From the IMG/VR virus record IMGVR_UViG_3300035491_000235: a stretch of DNA of 37,397 bases. One strand, given 5' to 3'. The translations under genes and the position numbers were made by a program. Below are positions 30,980 to 37,397 of the stretch, in pieces (position 1 is the stretch's first letter; each line of letters starts with the position of its first letter). This DNA is from a virus. The notes below the pieces were generated by a model. That model made no database searches, was not told the DNA's origin, and worked only from the letters and a program-made list of their open reading frames with translations.

Positions 30980-31911
30980 GCGTCTTCTCCCTCACCAAGG
31001 GCAGCGAACACGCCCTCCAGCTGCTCGCCCTCACCGGCGGCAGCGACACCCTGCTGCTCATCCAGCCGGCACGCGAAGTTCGCGCCGAGATCAGCGTGCA
31101 AACCGCTGCCGAGCAAAAGCTCGAGGCCGAGCTGCGCCTGCGCGAGCAACGCCACAACATGACGCTCCAGGCCGGCGACCGCGCCAACGCCCAGCACCTG
31201 GCCGATTGGGTCGAAGCAGTAGCCAACGGCACAGTCGATACCGCTGAGGCGATTCCGCAGCGCGCTGCACGCGTACCGCTTCTGCCTTGCTGCAAGTGCG
31301 GCCGCGAGGGCATTGGTTACCAGTACCTCCCGAATGGCAGTAAGCCTCTTTACGGGGTGAAGTGCCGCTATCACGACTGCCACAAGGTTGAAGGTGCTGA
31401 TACCGAGGCCGAAGCGCACGCCACCTGGAACGCCATCCAGCGCAAACAGCTGGTCGAGCCGAGCGATCTTGCTGCTGCCGCAGCGGCATTCAACGCTGCC
31501 GCGCTGGCTCTGAATGCAGAGCCCGACATGGTCAACCACCCGCCGCACTACACCGGCCACCCAAGCGGCGTGGAGTGCATCGAGGTCGCCGAGCATCTGC
31601 CGTTCTGCCTGGGCAATGCCTTCAAATACCTGTTCCGCCGCGATGCCAAGGGCAATCCGCTGGAGAACATCGAGAAGGCCATCTGGTACGTCAACCGCCA
31701 CAACGAGACGTACCCGGAAAAGCCCGAGCTGCCCGAGGATGCCCGCGAAGCGCTCGGCATGGTCGTCGTGCACGAGCCGCACCCATTCAGCACCGCCATG
31801 CTGCTGATCGCCAGCCCGAGCCAATGCGGCGGCTATGACGCCTGCATCACCATGCTCGAGCAAGAAGCGGCACGCCTGCGCAGCGGCGCCGAACCGCTGC
31901 GCGCAGCCTGA
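30976..31911 (+). CDS. Lar-like zinc ribbon + DUF3310 domain protein
   Basis: The middle segment LLPCCKCGREG...VKCRYHDCHKVEGADTEAEAHATWNAIQ is Lar-like. The C-terminal VNHPPHYTGHPSGVECIEVAEHLPFCLGNAFKYLFRRDAKGNPLENIEKAIWYVNR matches the DUF3310 pattern. Confidence 0.65.
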   Translation: MSVFSLTKGSEHALQLLALTGGSDTLLLIQPAREVRAEISVQTAAEQKLEAELRLREQRHNMTLQAGDRANAQHLADWVEAVANGTVDTAEAIPQRAARVPLLPCCKCGREGIGYQYLPNGSKPLYGVKCRYHDCHKVEGADTEAEAHATWNAIQRKQLVEPSDLAAAAAAFNAAALALNAEPDMVNHPPHYTGHPSGVECIEVAEHLPFCLGNAFKYLFRRDAKGNPLENIEKAIWYVNRHNETYPEKPELPEDAREALGMVVVHEPHPFSTAMLLIASPSQCGGYDACITMLEQEAARLRSGAEPLRAA

Positions 31912-31922
31912 GGCCCGCCACC

Positions 31923-32198
31923 ATGAACCGCACCCTCGACCAGGCAGCCGCCGTGCTCGGCATTGGCCCGCGCAAGCTCCGCGCCCGTATGCGTGAGCTG
32001 GGCCTGCTCAACCACGCCGGCGAGCTCATCAGCACCGAGCGCAGCCGTGGCCGGCTGTTCGTCGACACCCGCAGCCGCTGGAACCCGGCCATCAGCACCT
32101 ACAGCCATTACGGCGTGGTCATGGCCACCGAAAAGGGGATCGGCTGGCTGGCCGAGCAGCTGGGCATCACCGTCACCAAGAAGGACGCCGCCGCATGA
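31923..32198 (+). CDS. KilA-C (ANT)-type DNA-binding domain protein
   Basis: LDQAAAVLGIGPRKLRARMRELGLL...GRLFVDTR...VVMATEKGIGWLAEQLG follows the KilAC pattern. Confidence 0.5.
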   Translation: MNRTLDQAAAVLGIGPRKLRARMRELGLLNHAGELISTERSRGRLFVDTRSRWNPAISTYSHYGVVMATEKGIGWLAEQLGITVTKKDAAA

Positions 32199-32593
32199 CA
32201 ATCTCTGCCAACCAACACGCAATCGGCGCGCTCAAGCTCACCAGCCTGCATCTGGACCACCCCGGCGTGGTTCCCGCCACCGTGCTGCGCGACGCCTGCG
32301 CCGATGCGATCGCCCTGCTGCGGCTCAATCATCCATGCGCCGCTGACTTGGGCAGCTTCTTCTGCAGCCTGCTCGCCGTCACGCCGCGCGGCTACATGCC
32401 CTACGTCACGCTGACCACCGACCCGGCCACGCCCTACGCCTGCGTAATCACCGATGCCGACGGCAACATCGTCGACCGCCAGCTGGGCAAGACCATCGAA
32501 GGCATCACCGAGATGATCCGCCTGCGCCACACCGAACCCAGCCCGGCACGCACCGCAGCGGCGCGCGGGGAGATCGGAGGGCCAGCACCGTGA
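32195..32593 (+). CDS. Hypothetical protein (132 aa)
   Basis: ATGA overlaps with both neighbouring genes. No family recognised. Confidence 0.5.
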   Translation: MTISANQHAIGALKLTSLHLDHPGVVPATVLRDACADAIALLRLNHPCAADLGSFFCSLLAVTPRGYMPYVTLTTDPATPYACVITDADGNIVDRQLGKTIEGITEMIRLRHTEPSPARTAAARGEIGGPAP

Positions 32594-32853
32594 GCAGCAC
32601 CTACCAGCAACTGCTGCGCCGCTACGACCGGCCCTGCCTGCCGCTGGACGAAGTGCGCGCCGAGTACCTGCCGCACATCGGCGACGTCGAGTCGCTGATC
32701 AAGCTGATCCACCAGGGCCGCGTCCGCCTGCGCTACACCCGCACGGACGTCACCCGCAAGGCGCCACCCGTTGTTTACCTGCGCGATCTGGCCGCCTGGC
32801 TGGACGCGCACGACCCGAGCAACACCCAACCCGCCACTCACCGCGTGGCGTAA
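32590..32853 (+). CDS. PrtN-family (pyocin activator-like) small DNA-binding protein, possibly an excision or activator factor
   Basis: 87 aa. The pattern YQQLLRRYDRPCLPLDEVRAEYLPHI...KAPPVVYLRDLAAWLDAHD resembles PrtN-family proteins. Confidence 0.5.
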   Translation: MSSTYQQLLRRYDRPCLPLDEVRAEYLPHIGDVESLIKLIHQGRVRLRYTRTDVTRKAPPVVYLRDLAAWLDAHDPSNTQPATHRVA

Positions 32854-32874
32854 CCAACCGCAAGGACACAGCAC

Positions 32875-33222
32875 ATGAAAGCAACCGATACCAGCGAGTT
32901 CATCAACAGCCTCAATGCCGGGGTGTTCGCCCAGCAGGTCGGCCGCGCTCTCTCCGACGTCGCCGCCGGCGTGGTCGACCACGGCAAGAAGGGCAAGGTG
33001 ACCATCACCTTGGAGCTGTCGCAGATCGGCGAGAGCAACCAGGTGAAGGTCAACCACAAGCTCGACTTCACCCAGCCCACCAAGCGCGGCAGCAAGCGCG
33101 AGGACACCGCCCTCGACACGCCCATGTACGTCACCGCCAACGGCCTCGAGCTGTTCCAGACGGACCCGACCGCGCAGATGTTCACCCGCGAGCAGGCGCC
33201 CGTCGTCGCCCGCGAAGTTTGA
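32875..33222 (+). CDS. Hypothetical protein (115 aa)
   Basis: RBS AAGGAC lies upstream of ATG 32875. Precedes the DUF2303-like gene. No family recognised. Confidence 0.55.
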   Translation: MKATDTSEFINSLNAGVFAQQVGRALSDVAAGVVDHGKKGKVTITLELSQIGESNQVKVNHKLDFTQPTKRGSKREDTALDTPMYVTANGLELFQTDPTAQMFTREQAPVVAREV

Positions 33223-33260
33223 CCGAGCAAAACCCACCTACCACACAAGGAAGCAACACC

Positions 33261-34073
33261 ATGCCACTGAGCAAAGAAGCCATTCAGCATATCGAAGCCA
33301 ACGCCATCGCCGCTGCCGACATGCTGCCCGATCAGCTCGTGCCGACCATCGCCTTGCCCAAGGACATGGCCGTGCACAACCTCGAGCGCTTCGCCGAGCA
33401 GCGCTCCCGCTTCCGCGGCGAAATGCTCACCGCCAGCATCGCGGACTTCGCCAGCTACGTGCTCCACCACGGCGAGGCGAACACCGCTGCCTTCATCGAT
33501 CAGGAGCGCATGGCCTGCCGCGCTTTCTTCAACCTGGGCACCCAGGCCGCGCCCGGCCACGGCGACGACACCGCCATGCTCCTGCTGAAACCGACCGCCG
33601 CCTACTCCGCCGTGCTGGCCATCGCCGGCAAGCCGCTCACCCAGCGCGAACTGGCCGAGTGGATGGAGGACTGGGCGCACTGCCTGCAGGTGCGCGCCGG
33701 CGAAGAGGTGCTGGCCGTTGCCGCCGCCTGCGCCGCGGTGCGCAACATCACCATCAAGGCCGGCAGCGAGCGCACCCACACCGAGCACAACTTTGGCGCC
33801 GCCCGCTCGGCGATGGACGAGATCGAGGCAAAGAGCCAGGACCGCCTGCCCACCGAGCTGGTCGTGGTCACCGAGCCCTACGACGGCCTGCTGCCGCAGA
33901 CCATCGTCCTGCGCCTGTCGGTTATCACCGGCGAGAAGCCGCAGCTCAAGCTGCGCTGGGTGCGCGAAGAAGCCCAGCACGAGGAAATCGCCCAGGACTT
34001 CAAGCGCGTGATCCAGCAGGAAGTTGGCGGTAGCGCCATCGTCACGCTCGGCACCTTCCGCCTGGGCGAATAA
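33261..34073 (+). CDS. DUF2303 (YfdQ-like) protein
   Basis: Track ORF trimmed to ATG 33261 (AAGGAAGcaacaccATG). The length and the C-terminal pattern (LPTELVVVTEPYDGLLPQTIVLRLSV...LKLRWVREEAQHEEIAQDF) resemble YfdQ-type prophage proteins. Confidence 0.5.
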   Translation: MPLSKEAIQHIEANAIAAADMLPDQLVPTIALPKDMAVHNLERFAEQRSRFRGEMLTASIADFASYVLHHGEANTAAFIDQERMACRAFFNLGTQAAPGHGDDTAMLLLKPTAAYSAVLAIAGKPLTQRELAEWMEDWAHCLQVRAGEEVLAVAAACAAVRNITIKAGSERTHTEHNFGAARSAMDEIEAKSQDRLPTELVVVTEPYDGLLPQTIVLRLSVITGEKPQLKLRWVREEAQHEEIAQDFKRVIQQEVGGSAIVTLGTFRLGE

Positions 34074-34137
34074 CCACCACGCCACACCCCGCCGGCCTTA
34101 CCACCCGGCAGGCTCGACACAACAGGGGACACAGCAC

Positions 34138-34641
34138 ATGAACGTCACAACCTTCCAGATCATCGCCCTGCTCGGCTCGCTCGCCTCGCTGGCGCTGCTG
34201 TTCGGCATCGGCTACCACGAAGGCCGCCGCGCCGCGCGCAACGACCTGGCACAGGCCTCCAAAGCCCACGAGGAACTGATCGAAAACCTGCGCCACCAGC
34301 GCGACCGAGCGGTGCACGAGCACACCCTCAGCCGCCTCAACGCCGCCCAGGCGCTCGAAGCCATCACCAGCGAGCTGGACGACGCCCGCCGCCAGATCGC
34401 CCTGCTCGAACGCCAGGCCCTCACCGACGCGGACGCCCACGCCCTGGCGGAAATCACCGGCCAACTCAACCTGGCCGCCACTACCTACCAGGCCATGCAC
34501 TCCAACCAGGCCACCCACGCCCGCCGCCTCGCCCACGCTGCGAGCACCCTCGCCGAGCGCTATTGGACCGCCGCGCCCCGCTCCACCTGGGAGCGCGTCG
34601 ACGCAACGTTGGGCAGCCAATCGGCTGCGATGAGCGCGTGA
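34138..34641 (+). CDS. N-terminally anchored coiled-coil protein, unknown function
   Basis: Trimmed to ATG 34138. TMD FQIIALLGSLASLALLFGIGY, followed by helical heptad-rich sequence. Confidence 0.55.
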   Translation: MNVTTFQIIALLGSLASLALLFGIGYHEGRRAARNDLAQASKAHEELIENLRHQRDRAVHEHTLSRLNAAQALEAITSELDDARRQIALLERQALTDADAHALAEITGQLNLAATTYQAMHSNQATHARRLAHAASTLAERYWTAAPRSTWERVDATLGSQSAAMSA

Positions 34642-34651
34642 GGTGAGGTCA

Positions 34652-35302
34652 ATGAACAACCTCTACCGCCTCCACCCCCAGCCAGCGTTCAACTTCAACG
34701 GCCTGGTGATCGACAACTTCGCCGGCGGCGGCGGTGCCTCCACGGGCATCGAGCTCGGCCTTGGCCGTCCTGTCGACATCGCCGTCAACCACGACCCCGA
34801 AGCAGTGGCCATGCACGACATCAACCACCCGCACACCAAGCACTTCTGCGAATCGGTATGGGAGGTCGACCCGCGCGTGATCGTCGACGGCCGCCCTGTC
34901 GATCTCTGCTGGTTCTCGCCCGACTGCAAGCATTTCAGCAAGGCCAAGGGCGGCGCCCCGGTGAAGAAGGAGATCCGCGGCCTCGCCTGGGTCGCCATCC
35001 GCTACGCCGCCACGGTCAAACCGAAGGTGATCATGCTGGAGAACGTCGAGGAGTTCGTGACCTGGGGGCCGCTGGCCACCGACGGCCGACCCTGCCCGAA
35101 GAACAAGGGCCGCACCTTCTCCAGCTTCGTCAACGCGCTACGCCGCCTGGGCTACCAGGTGGATTGGCGCGAGCTGCGCGCCTGCGACTACGGCGCGCCG
35201 ACCATCCGCAAGCGCCTGTTCATCATCGCCCGTTTCATCAGCTACCGCCTGACCTGTCACGGCGGCACGAAGAAGCATCGCAAGGGAGGCAAGCGGCGAT
35301 GA
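34652..35302 (+). pseudogene. DNA (cytosine-5)-methyltransferase, C-terminally truncated after motif VIII
   Basis: Motif I is DNFAGGGGAS, motif IV is FSPDCKHFS, motif VI is ENV and motif VIII is PTIRKRLFIIAR. The ORF then ends 22 codons later in unrelated Lys/Arg-rich sequence. The TRD and motifs IX-X are absent in all three frames. Confidence 0.6.
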
Positions 35303-35586
35303 AAAACTCAGTACCCAATCCGCAGCTGCAGGCCGCCCGCATCAGTGCCACCGTCAGCACAGGTTTCAGCGCAACGACTGCCGACGGCCGCCCGGCCCGC
35401 CTGGCTATCATCGACGAGGCGGGCAACGTCATCGAGGCGGGGCCGGAGGTTGCTTGGGCGGCCTGGAAGGTCTGCATTGAGGTGCAGGAGAATTTCTGGG
35501 AGGGCATGGGCCATCTGGTCGTGCACAGCAGCCCACCCGGCGACCCCAAACTGGCGGAACTGCTGATCGGCAAGAAAGCCGCCTGA
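35299..35586 (+). CDS. Hypothetical protein (95 aa)
   Basis: AAGGGAGG RBS and an ATGA overlap with the truncated methyltransferase. Its stop abuts the recombinase stop (TGATCA). Confidence 0.5.
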   Translation: MKNSVPNPQLQAARISATVSTGFSATTADGRPARLAIIDEAGNVIEAGPEVAWAAWKVCIEVQENFWEGMGHLVVHSSPPGDPKLAELLIGKKAA

Positions 35587-37212
35587 TCACGCGTGGCGGT
35601 CGCGGCTCGCCTTCCAGGCGCCCGACCGCCGATCCACCTCAAGCATCACCCGCTGCCCCGCCCGTGACACCAGCATTACCGCAATGGTTTTGCTTTTCGG
35701 CTCCGGCACGATTCCCCGCATGTACACCACGATCCGGCTGAACGTATCGAGCACCAGTTGCCGCAGCTGCTCACGCGCTGGGCTGTAGATATCGGCCGAA
35801 TCGGCCGCCAGCTGCTGCCACTGCTCGGCGGCCGCCGGGGTATGGCCCAGGCCCTGCACGGCCTGCTCACGCTCGAGCTGCTCCGCCTCGGCTTGCAAAC
35901 GTTGCAGCTCGGCCTCCAGCTCGCGCGCTTTGCGCACGAACGCCAGCGGCGCCGCCCCGCCGTCGTCGGCTAGCAGCGCCTCCGTCACCCGAGCGAGCTG
36001 CCGCTCGACATCCGCCTGCTGCCTACGGCACGCCTGCAGGCGCTGCTGCAGCTGCCGGCCATCGTCGGCCGGCTCCAGCAGGCGCGTCAGGTTGAACTGG
36101 TCCGAGCAGTACGCCAGCACGGCCCGCTCAACGGGCACAACGCTGCAGCTCGCCGCCTTGCAGCCCGTCCCGCTGCCGTAGGAGGTGCAGTGCAGCCGGC
36201 GGTGGCCATCGGCCAGAGTGCCGTCCGCCTTCATCCGGCTGACCAGGTTCTGCGCCACCACGGCGGTACCGCAGTAGCCGCACCAGGTGATGCCGATGCC
36301 AGTGACGATACCCACGATGTCACTCGCCCCACGCCGCCCGTGCCGCGTCTCGGCTGCCGCCTGTAGCTCGTGGAATTCATCGTCGCTGAGCACACGCGGG
36401 TAGTAGTCCTCGAGCAGGTAGTCCTCGCCGTCCACGCTCAGCCGCTTGGCGCCGCGCAGCGCCGGCAGCTTCACCAGGCGGTACAGCTGCTGGCCAGCCA
36501 GGCCCCAGTCGCTCAACGCATAGCCACGCTCGGCCAGCTTGCGCACGGCCCGCGTCGCCCCAACACCCTGCTTGTAGAGCTCCAGCGCGTAACGCACCGC
36601 CTCCACCCGCTCGGGAATCAGCTGCCACGCCTGGCCGTCCCAGTGCAGCCACTGCGGATCCTTGCCGTTGCGCACCAGCCCCCGGTAGGTGCCGGCTACC
36701 CAGCCTTCGCACTGCTTGCGGATCGCGGCCTTTACGCGCTTGCTTTTGGTGTCGCTCTCCTCGTGCGCGCGGATCATCACCAGCAGGCTATAGACCAGGT
36801 CCATCGGCTGCGCCTTGAGCTGCGCCCGGTTGTACTCACGCCCGTCGCTGGCCGTCACCACGGTGATGCCCGCGTTGATGATCTGCGCCAACTGCGCCTG
36901 CGCCTGTATCGGCTCCGCCCGGCTCAGCCGGTCCAGCCCCTCGACGATCAGCACCGAGCCATCGGGAATGCGCCCCTCGTCCACGGCCTTGAGAAACGTA
37001 CCCAGCGCGCCCTGCTTCACATGCCGCTGGTGATACGCCGACAGCCCCTCGTCGCGCAGCGAAAGCGACTCATCGAGCACCAGCCCCCGCTCCGCGGCCC
37101 AGCGCTGCGCATACTGCAACTGACGATCGGCGCTATGTCCCGCCGCTTGCCTAGGGTCAGAGAAGCGCAAATAGCTGTATACTCGCGCGCCATTTTTTCC
37201 CTGCCGCATCAT
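35587..37212 (-). CDS. Large serine recombinase (phage integrase)
   Basis: 541 aa. The N-terminal resolvase domain (VYSYLRFSDPRQ) carries the catalytic Ser. A recombinase domain follows, then a Cys-rich zinc ribbon (WCGYCG...LHCTSYGSGTGC) and a C-terminal coiled coil. Confidence 0.85.
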   Translation of the reverse strand: MMRQGKNGARVYSYLRFSDPRQAAGHSADRQLQYAQRWAAERGLVLDESLSLRDEGLSAYHQRHVKQGALGTFLKAVDEGRIPDGSVLIVEGLDRLSRAEPIQAQAQLAQIINAGITVVTASDGREYNRAQLKAQPMDLVYSLLVMIRAHEESDTKSKRVKAAIRKQCEGWVAGTYRGLVRNGKDPQWLHWDGQAWQLIPERVEAVRYALELYKQGVGATRAVRKLAERGYALSDWGLAGQQLYRLVKLPALRGAKRLSVDGEDYLLEDYYPRVLSDDEFHELQAAAETRHGRRGASDIVGIVTGIGITWCGYCGTAVVAQNLVSRMKADGTLADGHRRLHCTSYGSGTGCKAASCSVVPVERAVLAYCSDQFNLTRLLEPADDGRQLQQRLQACRRQQADVERQLARVTEALLADDGGAAPLAFVRKARELEAELQRLQAEAEQLEREQAVQGLGHTPAAAEQWQQLAADSADIYSPAREQLRQLVLDTFSRIVVYMRGIVPEPKSKTIAVMLVSRAGQRVMLEVDRRSGAWKASRDRHA

Positions 37213-37397
37213 CGAGGTCCGGCCTGCTATGTCGAAGAAAGTCGGAAGTATAGGATTTATTTCGCTAGGGTGCCCTTAGCGCACATTATCTATACTTGCT
37301 CAGCAAGCGAAGAAACGCGCGCGGGCTACGATGGTCGATAAGCGACAGCCTTTCGAGAATTGAACATGTGCGGCCGCATTACCCAGTACCGCTACCC
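37149..37397. repeat. Terminal direct repeat copy 2 (identical to 1..249)
   Basis: Same comparison as copy 1. It contains recombinase codons 1-21 (37212..37149) and the SRAP start (ATG 37366). Confidence 0.9.

Noticed and set aside
32864-32879. The 16-nt identical string GGACACAGCACATGAA at two gene starts (32864..32879 and 34127..34142), with a related string at 33243..33263.
   Set aside because: It spans the SD-spacer-ATG of three early genes. It is most simply a shared translation-initiation context and not a mobile or regulatory repeat.
32838-34085. A 415-aa minus-strand ORF, plus similar long antisense ORFs: 30895..31863 (-), 32434..33237 (-), 34042..34659 (-), 6171..7265 (+), 7009..8103 (+), 13660..14964 (+), 36370..37341 (+), 19006..19659 (+) and 24560..25300 (+).
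   Set aside because: These are shadow ORFs typical of high-GC DNA. They are Arg/Ala/Gly/Pro-rich low-complexity translations with no motifs. Each lies opposite a gene with clear family signatures, RBSs and start/stop coupling.

Overview
The window is one complete temperate phage genome, written as a circular permutation. Bases 1..249 are identical to 37149..37397, so the unique length is 37,148 bp. The DNA is high-GC and looks Pseudomonas-like or similar proteobacterial by eye. All family assignments come from motif recognition in the supplied translations; no database search was run.

Genome layout:
- One long minus-strand transcription direction runs from the immunity region at about 29.0 kb down to about 1.5 kb. 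In order it carries cro-like, a 337-bp structured spacer, 186-type CII-like, TraR/DksA zinc finger, two Lar-like zinc-ribbon proteins, and a fused PriCT-2/Toprim/SF3 primase-helicase.
- It continues with an iteron-rich putative origin, a Q-like antiterminator, tandem intrinsic terminators, holin, HNH, TerS and TerL.
- An HK97-type head module follows (portal, protease, major capsid, connectors).
- A Mu-type contractile tail and baseplate module comes next (gp37/gp38-like, sheath, tube, frameshifted chaperones, tape measure, DNA circulation, gp44-48-like, collar tail fibre, fibre chaperone).
- The direction ends with a membrane protein, a low-GC divergent moron pair, and then endolysin, i-spanin and o-spanin.
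- The plus strand carries an S24-type cI repressor and an early-left operon at 30.8-35.6 kb. That operon includes Lar-like+DUF3310, KilAC, PrtN-like, DUF2303-like and a truncated C5-methyltransferase.
- The plus strand also carries an SRAP gene followed by an unknown gene behind a near-perfect LexA box.
- A large serine recombinase (minus) closes the circle.

Most interesting accessory items:
- A tail-anchored TerB-like+HIRAN protein next to cI.
- The LexA-box gene beside the SRAP gene.
- Morons inserted in the late operon.
- An iteron origin.
- A shared 25-bp operator at two promoter regions.
- A lysis cassette split across the genome.

No tRNA, rRNA, CRISPR array or IS element was seen.
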